Part shown: piece by piece, positions 37,685-47,087 of the stretch | Layout: the number at the start of each line of letters is the position of its first letter | How positions within the stretch are numbered: the first letter of the stretch is position 1 | DNA from: an uncultured Acidobacteriota bacterium | GTDB taxonomy: Bacteria > Acidobacteriota > Vicinamibacteria > Vicinamibacterales > SCN-69-37 | Length of the DNA: 64,000 nt | Assembly (NCBI GenBank): GCA_963704575.1 | Contig: OY969918.1 | Location: 3,479,122-3,543,121, forward strand | Reading direction: 5' to 3' | The notes under the pieces: model-generated | Databases searched by the model: none | What the model was told of the DNA's origin: nothing | Seen by the model: only the letters and a program-made list of their open reading frames with translations | Made by a program: the position numbers and the translations under genes

Positions 37685-38135
37685 ATGGCGATGGGCACGC
37701 GCAAACGCAATCGACAGCCGGCGATGTGGGTGCCGACGACTGAATTGCCGACGTCGGCCAGTCATCCGTTCTACGCGCGCCTCAATCAGCTGCTGCGTGA
37801 CCACCGCTTCGATGATTTCGCGGAGAGGCGGTGTGCGGCTTTCTACGCCGCGACGATGGGCCGGCCGGGCCTCGCGCCGGGGATCTACTTCCGGTTGTTG
37901 CTGGTCGGCTACTTCGAAGGGCTCGATTCGGAGCGAGCGATTGCATGGCGGGCGGCGGATTCGCTGACGCTCCGAGATTTTCTGGGGCTCGCCTTCCCCG
38001 GGGCACCGCCGGACCACTCGACGATTTCGCGCACGCGTCGATTGATCGATCTCGAAACGCATCGCGACGTGTTTACCTGGGTGCTCGAGCGCCTCGGCGA
38101 GGCCGGCGTGATCCACGGGAAGACCATCGCATCCG
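37685..38135 (+). pseudogene. IS5/IS1182-type transposase N-terminal fragment (DUF772-like), truncated
   Basis: …PAMWVPTTELPTSASHPFYARLNQLL…GRPGLAPGIYFRLLLVGYFEGLDSERAIAWRAADSLTLRDFLG…PDHSTISRTRRL… matches the N-terminal domain of IS5-group transposases. Similarity stops near …GKTIA and no DDE domain follows. Confidence 0.7.
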
Positions 38136-38151
38136 CAGATGTTTCCGTTCA

Positions 38152-38170
38152 CCGATCTCTTGAAGATCGG
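38152..38170 (-). terminator. hairpin, probable ancestral terminator of the ADOP permease gene
   Basis: CCGATCT-cttga-AGATCGG. It would lie ~20 nt downstream of the permease stop if the IS630 element were removed. Confidence 0.3.
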
Positions 38171-38191
38171 CACTTGTACCACGGGCTGCTA

Positions 38192-39376
38192 GTCCCCTGG
38201 AAACGAATTAGCTGGAAAAATAATTCGCCGTGTGATCTAAAGAGGCATGGCAAAGATCGGACGCCCCACGCCCGTGCTGGTCGTGACGAATGACGAACGC
38301 CGCGCGCTGACGCGCTTGACGAGACGGGCGCGCGTCAACCGTTCCCTCGCGTTTCGTGCGCGCGTCGTGCTCGCGTGCGCCGACGGCACCGCGGCGAGCG
38401 CCGTGGCTCGGCGGTTGCGGACGAGCAATGCGACCGTCGGCAAGTGGAAGCGTCGGTTCCTCGAGCAACGGCTCGCGGGCCTGTACGACGAACCGCGTGT
38501 GGGCGCCCCGCGTCGGATCACGGATGCGGATGTCGAGGCCGTGGTCGTGAAGACGCTCGAGACGACGCCCGCCGGCGAGACGCACTGGAGCACGCGCACG
38601 ATGGCCGCCAAGGCCGGGATGAGCCACACCACCATCGGGCGGATCTGGCGGACGTTCGGGCTCAAGCCCCATGTCAGTGAATCGTTCAAGATCTCGCCCG
38701 ACCCGCAGCTCATCGAGAAAATCCGGGACGTCGTGGGCCTCTACATGAATCCGCCAACGAATGCCGTCGTCTTTTCGTTCGACGAAAAGTCGCAGATTCA
38801 AGCGCTCGAACGCGCCCAGCCCATCTTGCCGATGGACCTCGGCCAGCCCGAACGGCAGACGCATAACTACATTCGCAACGGGACGCTCGACCTCTTCGCC
38901 GCACTGAACGTCGCCACTGGCGAGGTGCTCGCCCGGTGCAAACCGCAGCATCGCGCGCAGGATTTCGTCGCGTTCCTGCGCGAGATCGAAACGAGCGTCG
39001 AGCCGGCGCTCGACGTGCATGTCGTGTTGGACAACCTGTCCGCGCATCGAGCCCCGGTCGTCCATCGCTGGCTACTACGCCACCCGCGGGTCCAATTACA
39101 TTTCACACCGACCTACGCCTCGTGGCTGAACCTCGTGGAACGCTTCTTTGGCCTGCTCACCGAGAAAGCCTTGCGTCGAGGCTCGCACACGAGCGTGCCC
39201 AACCTGCGAGCGGCCATCCTCGCGTACGTCGACGCGCACAACGAGAAGGGCACCCCCTTCACATGGACCAAGACGGCCGACGAAATCCTAGACAAGATCC
39301 GGCGCTTCGGTCTCCGCACTCAACAGGTGCACGCCCAGTGATCGGACTTTTGTCAGAAATCACCGATCCAGGGGAC
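38192..39376 (+). mobile_element. IS630 family insertion sequence (1185 bp) with TA target-site duplication
   Basis: Terminal inverted repeats GTCCCCTGGA (38192-38201) and TCCAGGGGAC (39367-39376). Flanking TA at 38190-38191 and 39377-38378. Single intact transposase ORF. Confidence 0.85.
38247..39341 (+). CDS. IS630 family transposase
   Basis: N-terminal HTH region, then a DDE core (…VFSFDEKSQIQ…, VVLDNLSAHR, YASWLNLVERFF). Confidence 0.95.
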   Translation: MAKIGRPTPVLVVTNDERRALTRLTRRARVNRSLAFRARVVLACADGTAASAVARRLRTSNATVGKWKRRFLEQRLAGLYDEPRVGAPRRITDADVEAVVVKTLETTPAGETHWSTRTMAAKAGMSHTTIGRIWRTFGLKPHVSESFKISPDPQLIEKIRDVVGLYMNPPTNAVVFSFDEKSQIQALERAQPILPMDLGQPERQTHNYIRNGTLDLFAALNVATGEVLARCKPQHRAQDFVAFLREIETSVEPALDVHVVLDNLSAHRAPVVHRWLLRHPRVQLHFTPTYASWLNLVERFFGLLTEKALRRGSHTSVPNLRAAILAYVDAHNEKGTPFTWTKTADEILDKIRRFGLRTQQVHAQ

Positions 39377-42048
39377 TAGTCGTTTCGAAGCGTGAGCGCG
39401 GGATCGACGCGCGCGATCCGTCGCGCCGGCACCACGCCGGCCACAAGCGCCAGGATCACGATGCCGAAAAATGCCGATCCGAGCATCGCCGGGTCCGTCG
39501 TCATCACGCCGAACAGCAGGCCCTCGTGATCGCCCGGGACGAGATAGAGGGCACTGCCGAGCACACGTGCAATCACGAGCGTGACGGCGAGACCGGCCAC
39601 GCCGCCGACCAGACCGAGCCGCGTGGCCTGCCACAGCGCCGTGCCCACGAGGCGCGACGGCCTCGCGCCAAGCGCAAGCCGGACGCCGAACTCGCGATTG
39701 CGCGCCTGCACGGCGTAGGCGACCGCACCGTAGATCCCGATGCCAGCGAGCAGCACCGCCACGCCGGCGAATCCACAGATCAACAGCAGGTTGAAACGGT
39801 CGCCCTGCAGGGCCTGGTCTACGCGCGTGTCGAACGTCGCGACGCTCGTCACGGGAATCGTCGGATCGATCGCCGCGGCTGCGACCCTGATGGCTCCAGC
39901 GACGTTGGGCGCGCCCGCGGCCGCGCGCGCAACGACTTCGATCGCAGGCGCCGGCATCTGCGCGAACGGCACGTAGATGTCGGCGAACGGGACCTCGTTG
40001 AATCCCACTTCCCGCACATTTGCGACGACGCCGACGATCGTGAGCGCGCCTGGATGCCGCGTCCAGTTCGCACGCGCCGCGGGCAGGAGCTCGATGACAC
40101 GGCCGATCGGATTGCCGCCGCCGAGAACATGCTCGACCAGATAGTCGTTGACGATGGCTGACCGCGGCGCGCCGGCGACGTCAGCGGCCGAGATGTCGCG
40201 TCCTTTCGTCAGGGGGATCGCGAGGGTCTGAAAGTAGCCGGCCGTCACCGCGCGGAGCAACGCGCGGGGCTCCTCGCCAGCCGCGGGCCGCGGCTGGTCG
40301 GGGAGGACGAACCAGACGATTGGACCGCTGCTGAACGGCGAGCTCGTGCCGGCGGCGGCGTTGCGCACGCCAGGAATCGCGCGCGTCGCTTCAACGAGAC
40401 GGCTCGCGTAGTCACGCACCTGATCGTCGGTGCTGTACCGCGGGCCGCTGAGGGTCGCACGCGCCGCCCACGCCCCAGCCGGCTCGAAGCCCAGCGGCCG
40501 GTGCACCAGGCCGACGAAGCTCTTGAGAAAGATCGCGGCGCCGGAGAGCAGGACGACCGTCAGCGCAATCTGGACGGTGAGTAACACCGCACGCGCGCGT
40601 CCCTCTCGTGCCGATCGACCGGTCCGTGTGCCCGGTCCGAGCACGCTCGACAGATCGATCCGCCGCGCGAGGAACAGCGGTGTCATCACGAAAGCGATCG
40701 TCGTGAGCGCCGTCACCGCCGTCGCGAACGCGCAGACGCGTAGATCGATCGGAATCGTCGCACCCCGGGCCAGAACGTCGGTCGGCAGCTCTGTCGCGAA
40801 GATCCGAACCGCCCAAGTCGCCAGCAGCACCCCGATCGCGCCACCGGGCGCGGCCACGAGCGAGCCTTCGACCAGCAGTTGTTCGGCGATGGCCCGTTGC
40901 CCGCCGCCAAGCGCGCCGCGCAACGCGAATTCACGCGTCCGCCGCAGCGCGCGTGCGAGAAGCAGCGCCGCGACGTTCACCGCGCTGAGCAGCAGCACGA
41001 CGAGCGACGCGCCGAGAAAGAAGTACAACGGACGCCAGTTGTACCCGCTGTAGTACTCGCGCAAGCCCTGAACGACGACCGTGTGTCCCGCGCGGCCGGT
41101 GGCATACGTCTCGGCGATCCGCTCCGTCACAGCCTGAATCTGCTCGCGCACCACGGCCTGATCGACACCGGGCGCCAGCCGGCCGATCCCGCTGTACGCG
41201 GCGCTCACCGATCGATCGAGAAACGCCGCATCACCCTCGTCCTGCGCGAGAAAGAAATCGGGATCGGGCCCCAGCGAATCGTCGTTCGCGACGATGCCGG
41301 TGACGGTCACGGATCGGGCGTCGAGCATCAGCGCACGGCCAACGACCGACGAGTCGCCGTCGAACAGCCGGCGCCATGCGCGCTCGGTCACGATCGCCGC
41401 GCGCGCGCCACGCGCATCGTCAGGTCCAAAGACCCGGCCGGCGATGGCCCCGCGGCCGAGCGTCGAGAAATAATTCGCCGTGACCGGCATCGTCGTCACC
41501 GACTCCGCGTGATCGAGATGCAACACGCGGCGTGCCTGCGGCATCGCGGCGGCAAGACTCGTGAACCCTGGCACACCGTCGCGCCAGTCAAGGAGGTCGG
41601 CACCGGAGACACCGGCGGTCGGCGAGTGCGCTCCCGGCAGCCGCGAGTACACGACGACGAGCTGCGCTGGATTGATGTACGGCAGCGGCTTCCAGAGTTC
41701 GGCGTCCACGACGCTGAAGACTGTCGTGGTGGTCGCGACTCCGAGCGCGAGCGTCAGCGTGGCGGTGAGGCCGAAGGTCGGCTCGCGCCGCAGGCCGCGA
41801 ACTCCGTACTTCACATTGCGCCAGAGGCGGTCGGCCCAGGACGCGACCCAGACGTCGCGAGATTGTTCGCGCGCGAGTGTGGTGTTCCCCATGATGCGCC
41901 GGCTCTCCGCGCGCGCTTCGCCAGGCGGCACGCCGCGGGTTTCGAGGTCGGCCTGGACGAGAGCGCGATGCGCTTCGATTTCCTCGGCGAGCTCAGCGTC
42001 CCCGACCCGAAACCAGGGCCACCGAAGAATGCGTCGGAGCAATTTCAT
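39376..42048 (-). CDS. ADOP-type duplicated FtsX/MacB-like ABC transporter permease
   Basis: N-terminus MKLLRRILRWPWFRVGDAELAEEIEAH…NVKYGVRGLRREPTF, two MacB_PCD/FtsX halves, C-terminus …RVDPALTLRND. The stop codon (39376-39378) is built from the IS630 terminal base plus the duplicated TA. Confidence 0.9.
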   Translation of the reverse strand: MKLLRRILRWPWFRVGDAELAEEIEAHRALVQADLETRGVPPGEARAESRRIMGNTTLAREQSRDVWVASWADRLWRNVKYGVRGLRREPTFGLTATLTLALGVATTTTVFSVVDAELWKPLPYINPAQLVVVYSRLPGAHSPTAGVSGADLLDWRDGVPGFTSLAAAMPQARRVLHLDHAESVTTMPVTANYFSTLGRGAIAGRVFGPDDARGARAAIVTERAWRRLFDGDSSVVGRALMLDARSVTVTGIVANDDSLGPDPDFFLAQDEGDAAFLDRSVSAAYSGIGRLAPGVDQAVVREQIQAVTERIAETYATGRAGHTVVVQGLREYYSGYNWRPLYFFLGASLVVLLLSAVNVAALLLARALRRTREFALRGALGGGQRAIAEQLLVEGSLVAAPGGAIGVLLATWAVRIFATELPTDVLARGATIPIDLRVCAFATAVTALTTIAFVMTPLFLARRIDLSSVLGPGTRTGRSAREGRARAVLLTVQIALTVVLLSGAAIFLKSFVGLVHRPLGFEPAGAWAARATLSGPRYSTDDQVRDYASRLVEATRAIPGVRNAAAGTSSPFSSGPIVWFVLPDQPRPAAGEEPRALLRAVTAGYFQTLAIPLTKGRDISAADVAGAPRSAIVNDYLVEHVLGGGNPIGRVIELLPAARANWTRHPGALTIVGVVANVREVGFNEVPFADIYVPFAQMPAPAIEVVARAAAGAPNVAGAIRVAAAAIDPTIPVTSVATFDTRVDQALQGDRFNLLLICGFAGVAVLLAGIGIYGAVAYAVQARNREFGVRLALGARPSRLVGTALWQATRLGLVGGVAGLAVTLVIARVLGSALYLVPGDHEGLLFGVMTTDPAMLGSAFFGIVILALVAGVVPARRIARVDPALTLRND

Positions 42049-42055
42049 GGCCGGA

Positions 42056-42394
42056 TCAGGCGAGATCGAGGACGCGCGTGATCGCGCCGACCATCCGTTC
42101 AAACTCCGCGCGCTCGGCGGCGAGTCGTTTCTTGCCCACAGTCGTGAGGGTGTAATAGCGCGCGCGCCTGTTGTTGTCCGACGCGCCCCACTCCGCCGTG
42201 ACCCAGCCGCTCAGGAGCAGCCGCTGTAGCGCGGGATAGAGCGAGCTTTCGCCGACCTGCAGCACGTCGCGCGAGACGACTCTGAGGCGCTGGGCAATCG
42301 CGTAGCCGTGCAGCGGCGCGGCGACCAGTGTTCGCAAGATCAGAAGATCAAGCGTGCCGGGCAGGAGATCCTGCGCGGTATTGGTGACTCCCAT
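42056..42394 (-). CDS. PadR family transcriptional regulator
   Basis: LLPGTLDLLILRTL…HGYAIAQRL…SLYPALQRL…RRARYYTLT. Ends 7 nt upstream of the permease start. Confidence 0.9.
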   Translation of the reverse strand: MGVTNTAQDLLPGTLDLLILRTLVAAPLHGYAIAQRLRVVSRDVLQVGESSLYPALQRLLLSGWVTAEWGASDNNRRARYYTLTTVGKKRLAAERAEFERMVGAITRVLDLA

Positions 42395-42579
42395 CGCCTA
42401 TCGATGGGTAGTGTAGAACCGCGCGGGCGCAGGGTCAAGTACGACCTACTCGTGGTCGCGCGGGTCACGGGCTCGTGATGTCAGGAACCGTGCGGGATAG
42501 TACTCAGTACCTGGTAGTAAGTTACGCCCGCTTCATATAGTCCTGAGGTTCCGAAGGCTCTTAATCACCTGGTGACCCA

Positions 42580-45576
42580 GTGACAACCACGCACCGATTT
42601 GTCCGCTCTCTGTTCCTCATCGGCCTGCTGGCCGTGCTTCCGGCGCCTGCCGCCGCTCAATCTCCCAATACTGCGACGGTGATCGTCACCGTGGTCGATC
42701 AGACAGGCGCGGTCGTGAAAGACGCTAAGGTCTCCGTCGTCAACTCCGCCAACGGTGCCGTGCGTGACGCCGTGTCAGGCGACGACGGCTCGGCCACGAT
42801 CGTGGCGCTGTCGCTCACTGGCAACTACAAGGTGAACGTCACGAAGAGCGGATTCACGTCGGAGGACGTCAGCGGCCTCTCGCTGCGCGCGGGAGAAACC
42901 GCGACGATTCGCGTGAAGCTCGTCGCGACGGGCGGCGCGAGCGAAGTCACCGTGTACGGCACAAATCAGGGTGTCCGCGCGGATTCGCAGATCGGCCGCC
43001 GGCTCGATAGCGCAGCCATCGATGAGCTGCCGATCCTCGGCCGCAAGGTCGGCACGCTGCCGCTCTTCAACTCGGCGTTCCGCCAGGGCAAGGGCACGGG
43101 CGACCTCTTCGTCAACGCGACGTACTTCGTCACCGCCTCGGGCAGCCGCCGCACGACGACGTTCATGCTCGATGGCGCGAGCAACGACGAGGGCTGGGGC
43201 CGCCAGACGATGATCGCGACGGTGCCGGTGGGCGCCATCCAGGAAGCCCAGGTGCTGTCGAACGCATTTTCGGCCGAATTCGGCTGGACGTCTGGTCCTG
43301 CGTTGAACATCGTGACCAAATCGGGCACGAACGTCATCCACGGCGACGGTCTCTACGTGAATCGCTCGGGTGGCATGCAGGCGAAGACGTTTTCGACCGA
43401 CGGCTTCTGCCCGCCCTCCGTTTCGACGTGCGTGACGCCGACGACGCTTTCGGCCATCAACCCGGCCGACGTCCCGGACGTGATGAACCAATTCTCGGGA
43501 TCGTTCGGCGCGCCGATCGTCAGGGACCGCACGTTCTTCTTCGCGTCGGGCGACTACACCCGTCAGGATCGGACGACGCTCCTCTCGAACACGCTACCCT
43601 CCTACGTCCTGCCGGCTGACGGCAGCCTGAACTACGTCGGTAACTACCGTCAGGGGCTCTTCGACAGCCGCGTCGATCACAGGCTGACGCCAACGCAGAC
43701 ACTGATGGTGCGCTACAACTACGATCACTTCTACGACACGAATCCCAATGACGCCGTCGTCGGCACGAGCGCGCCGACCGTGGCACGTCGCTACACGCGG
43801 GGTTCTTGGACGATGCAGGCCAATCACACGGCGCTCATCAACTCGTCGCTGTTGAACGAAGCGCGGGTGTCGTATCTGCACGGCGACCCGGTGACGCTGT
43901 GGGAACCGCAGCAGCTCTCGACGACGTACACGCGCGCGGGAGCCGCGCCGTTCACGATCGGCGAGTCGCGTTCGTCGAACCTGTTCAGTCACCAGTTCCA
44001 GTTCGCCGACACGCTGACGTGGTCGAAAGGCGCGCACAACGTCAAGTTCGGCGGCAGCATCACGCACCATTCTTCGGGCGGCAACGGCAGCGAGCCTGGC
44101 CAGGCCGTGCTCGGCACGTTCACGTTCATCGCGGCGGGCACGAAGCCGTTCGATCAGCTGACGATCAACGACGTCCAGACGTACTCGCAGCCGGTCAGCT
44201 ACGGCACCATCGGCTACACGCTGAATCAGTGGATGTCGGTCGCGTTCGTGCAGGACAGCTACCGCGTGAACAACGATCTGACGCTCGACCTCGGCCTGCG
44301 CTACGACCGGCAGACGCTCACCGACGCGACGAAGGACTTTGCGCCGCGTGTGGGTTTCGGCTGGCATCCGAACGGCGATTCGCGCCTCGCGGTGCGCGGC
44401 GGCTATGGGATGTACTACACGCAGATCCGCGCGAACCAGGTGGCGAGCGCGTTGACGGGCGGACTGGATGGGATCAGCACCTACAGTGCGACGCCCGGAC
44501 AGACGGGCTTCCCGACCTGCCTGAACTTCCCCTGTGTGCCGGTGCCGATCGATCCGAAGACGCTGCCGCTCTCGCAGCAGCCGGCGCGCAGCATCACGAT
44601 TCGCGCGGGCGAACGGGCCTTCTACGAACAACAGTTCGCCCAGTACGGCCTGAACTTCGATCTGCTGCCAAACTACCCGGATCAGCTCGTGAACCCGCGC
44701 AGCCAGGTGACGTCGATCGGCGCGGAGCGCGAAATCGCGTCGGGCCTGTTTGCCGGCGCCGACTACGTGCACCAGCACTGGTCCAATCTCGATCGCACGG
44801 TTGACCTCAACGCCCCGACGCCGTTCGTTCGCACCGCGTCTGGCCAGGTCCGGAGCGTGGCCGCCGCGAATGCGACGCGCCCGCTCGTCCCGGTGAACGG
44901 CGGCATCCGCTCGGTCAACGTGATCATGAACCTCGGCGTGGCCGACTACGACGGCCTGCAGACGCAGATCAGCTACCGCGGCAACCGCAAGATCTACGCG
45001 GCGTTGAGCTACACGCTGTCGAAGGCGACGAACACGACAGAACCGGACGGCAACGGGATCGGCCCGAACGACTCGGACATCTCGACCCTCGGCGAAACCG
45101 AGCGTGGGCCGAGCGTGTTGGACCAGCGCCATCGCGCGGTGATCACGTTCACTTACCTCTTCCCGTTCAACATCACGGCCGGCACCGTCACGCAACTCGC
45201 CTCGGCACGTCCGTTCAACGCGACGACCGGCGTCGACAACAACGGTGACGGCTCGAACAACGACCGTCCCGTCATCAACGGCGTGGTCATTCCCAAGTCC
45301 GCGTTCCGCGGCACGGGCACCCAGGACGTCTCGGTCTTCATCGAGGGACGGCTGACGCGCAAGAACCACAGCATCGTGCTGCGGCTCGAGGGGTTCAACC
45401 TGTTCAATCACGGAAACCTGCTCGGACGCGCCGTGACGACCTACGGCGATACCGGCGCCGCGGCGCCGACCTTCGGCCAGCTGGTCGCGGCGGGCACGGC
45501 GAGCAACGCGCTCCCGTCACTCGCGAACATCGACCCGCCCCGGATGTTCCAGTTCCAGATCCGCTATCAGTTCTAG
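42580..45576 (+). CDS. TonB-dependent receptor with carboxypeptidase-regulatory-like N-terminal domain
   Basis: Signal peptide; the CarboxypepD_reg pattern (TVVDQTGAVVKDAKVSVVN…GNYKVNVTKSGF); plug and beta-barrel; C-terminal …RMFQFQIRYQF. Confidence 0.85.
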   Translation: MTTTHRFVRSLFLIGLLAVLPAPAAAQSPNTATVIVTVVDQTGAVVKDAKVSVVNSANGAVRDAVSGDDGSATIVALSLTGNYKVNVTKSGFTSEDVSGLSLRAGETATIRVKLVATGGASEVTVYGTNQGVRADSQIGRRLDSAAIDELPILGRKVGTLPLFNSAFRQGKGTGDLFVNATYFVTASGSRRTTTFMLDGASNDEGWGRQTMIATVPVGAIQEAQVLSNAFSAEFGWTSGPALNIVTKSGTNVIHGDGLYVNRSGGMQAKTFSTDGFCPPSVSTCVTPTTLSAINPADVPDVMNQFSGSFGAPIVRDRTFFFASGDYTRQDRTTLLSNTLPSYVLPADGSLNYVGNYRQGLFDSRVDHRLTPTQTLMVRYNYDHFYDTNPNDAVVGTSAPTVARRYTRGSWTMQANHTALINSSLLNEARVSYLHGDPVTLWEPQQLSTTYTRAGAAPFTIGESRSSNLFSHQFQFADTLTWSKGAHNVKFGGSITHHSSGGNGSEPGQAVLGTFTFIAAGTKPFDQLTINDVQTYSQPVSYGTIGYTLNQWMSVAFVQDSYRVNNDLTLDLGLRYDRQTLTDATKDFAPRVGFGWHPNGDSRLAVRGGYGMYYTQIRANQVASALTGGLDGISTYSATPGQTGFPTCLNFPCVPVPIDPKTLPLSQQPARSITIRAGERAFYEQQFAQYGLNFDLLPNYPDQLVNPRSQVTSIGAEREIASGLFAGADYVHQHWSNLDRTVDLNAPTPFVRTASGQVRSVAAANATRPLVPVNGGIRSVNVIMNLGVADYDGLQTQISYRGNRKIYAALSYTLSKATNTTEPDGNGIGPNDSDISTLGETERGPSVLDQRHRAVITFTYLFPFNITAGTVTQLASARPFNATTGVDNNGDGSNNDRPVINGVVIPKSAFRGTGTQDVSVFIEGRLTRKNHSIVLRLEGFNLFNHGNLLGRAVTTYGDTGAAAPTFGQLVAAGTASNALPSLANIDPPRMFQFQIRYQF

Positions 45577-45597
45577 AAAATGAGGCAATGAGACAGT

Positions 45598-45638
45598 GGG
45601 GCAATGCGGCAATGAAGGGTTCATTGCCCCATTGCCCC
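45598..45638. terminator. 41-nt near-perfect hairpin built from GGCAATG/CATTGCC heptamers
   Basis: GGGGCAATG-c-GGCAATGAA-ggg-TTCATTGCC-c-CATTGCCCC: 18 bp of stem with one symmetric C/C mismatch. Begins 22 nt after the TBDR stop. No T-tract. Confidence 0.5.
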
Positions 45639-45730
45639 ATCTCTTAGGGCCTCTGCCGCGTCGCTGCCACGGGTACGCCAGAATCAACCCCACGATCGCG
45701 CACGGATGGGGATCGCCCGCGACAATCCGG

Positions 45731-47086
45731 GTGTATCATGCGCCATTGGAACCGACGTCTTCTGATCTTCAAGCGCAAATCGATCGCTTGAGCCTCACGG
45801 TCCAGATGGGACGAGACAGCAAGAGCCCACTCGAGCCCGCGACGCAACAATTGTCCCGTCTTGCGGAACGCTGCAACGAGATTCTCAATCGCTGGAACGA
45901 AGCCGACGGGCTGCACGCGCACGTCGTCAACGAAGCCGCGCTTCGGCTGAACGAGTGGAGCGCGATCGAAAGCCGCCTCGAGCACGACTACACGGCGCGC
46001 CTCGCGAAGCTCGAGCAGATCATCGAACAGGAATGGCAGTCGCTCCGGCAGATTCATGAAGAGCCGGTCAAGCAGCTCCGCCTCGAGGCCGCGGCACTCG
46101 GCGAAGTGTGCGTGTCGGCCGCCAACCTCGCGATTCAGGGGTTCGAGCGTGCCGAAGCGCGGCTGAACGCGCTCGAAACGAACATCCAGGATCGGCTGAC
46201 CCAGCTCTCGCAGGACGTGCAGATGGCGATCGCCGACGGCCGCCGCGAGCCGGAGCTCTCGGAGTTGCCGGGCGCGACCGTCGCGCCGTTTCCGCTCGAA
46301 GGCGTCATGCGGATTCATGACGATCTGCGGGAGTCAAGTCCGGACGCGATGGCCGGATCGCACGCGCTCGCGCCGCGCGATCGCTCCGACAACGCCATCG
46401 CGCTCACCGCGCGCATGGAGTCGCTCGAACGCGAAGTTACGAGCGAGCGCCAGGAAGTCCGCGAGAATGCGACGCGCTCGGAAAGCATGCGCCGCACGGG
46501 CCGGCTGGCGCTCATCGCGCTCGGCATCGTGCTCCTCGTGGACGCGCTCGTCGGCGTCATCATGCAGCGCAACCTCAACGCGCGGCTCGACGACGCCGCG
46601 TCCCGCGTGGCGGCCGCGGAAAAACGCGCTGAGGCCGCCTCGACCGTGGCCAATCAGCAGATCGCCGCGGCCCGCGCCGACGGCGACCGTCAGATCGCGC
46701 AAGCGCGTCAGGCCGCCGCCGAAGCCGGCATCGTCGCTAACGTGCTGGCCGCGCCCGACTTGATTCGCTTCAATCTCGCCGGCACTGATCGCGCGCCGCG
46801 CGCGTACGCGCAGGTCCTGTGGAGCCGATCGCGCGGACTGGTGTTGAGCGTGTCGCAGTTGCCGCAGCTTGCCGAAGGCGCGATCTATCAGGTCTGGCTG
46901 AATTCGGACGGCGGGCCCGTGAGCGCCGGAACGGTGACGCCCGACGCGTCAGGACGCGCGATGCTTGCCGTCGAGAGCCCGCAGAACCTTCCCCGTGGCG
47001 TGAGCGGCGTCAGCGTGACGTCAGAATCAGGCGGCGTGCAGTCGGCGCCGTCCGCAAACACCGTCCTCAGCCGCGTTCAGCAGTAA
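45731..47086 (+). CDS. coiled-coil membrane protein with C-terminal anti-sigma-K (RskA)-like domain
   Basis: Long heptad-rich N-terminus, one TM (LALIALGIVLLVDALVGVIM), and C-terminal …YQVWLNSDGGPVSAGTVTPDASGRAML, like the RskA C-domain. Start uncertain (GTG 45731 chosen, because the listed start lies inside the hairpin). Confidence 0.55.
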   Translation: MYHAPLEPTSSDLQAQIDRLSLTVQMGRDSKSPLEPATQQLSRLAERCNEILNRWNEADGLHAHVVNEAALRLNEWSAIESRLEHDYTARLAKLEQIIEQEWQSLRQIHEEPVKQLRLEAAALGEVCVSAANLAIQGFERAEARLNALETNIQDRLTQLSQDVQMAIADGRREPELSELPGATVAPFPLEGVMRIHDDLRESSPDAMAGSHALAPRDRSDNAIALTARMESLEREVTSERQEVRENATRSESMRRTGRLALIALGIVLLVDALVGVIMQRNLNARLDDAASRVAAAEKRAEAASTVANQQIAAARADGDRQIAQARQAAAEAGIVANVLAAPDLIRFNLAGTDRAPRAYAQVLWSRSRGLVLSVSQLPQLAEGAIYQVWLNSDGGPVSAGTVTPDASGRAMLAVESPQNLPRGVSGVSVTSESGGVQSAPSANTVLSRVQQ

Positions 47087-47087
47087 C

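Noticed and set aside
43594-45411. 605-aa minus-strand ORF
   Set aside because: It is antisense to the TonB-dependent receptor, Arg/Val/Asp-rich with no motifs: a GC-driven shadow ORF.
45596-45730. Listed start of the RskA-like ORF (MGQCGNEGF…)
   Set aside because: The first codons are the GGCAATG hairpin itself, read as protein. The start was moved downstream, although the true start remains uncertain.
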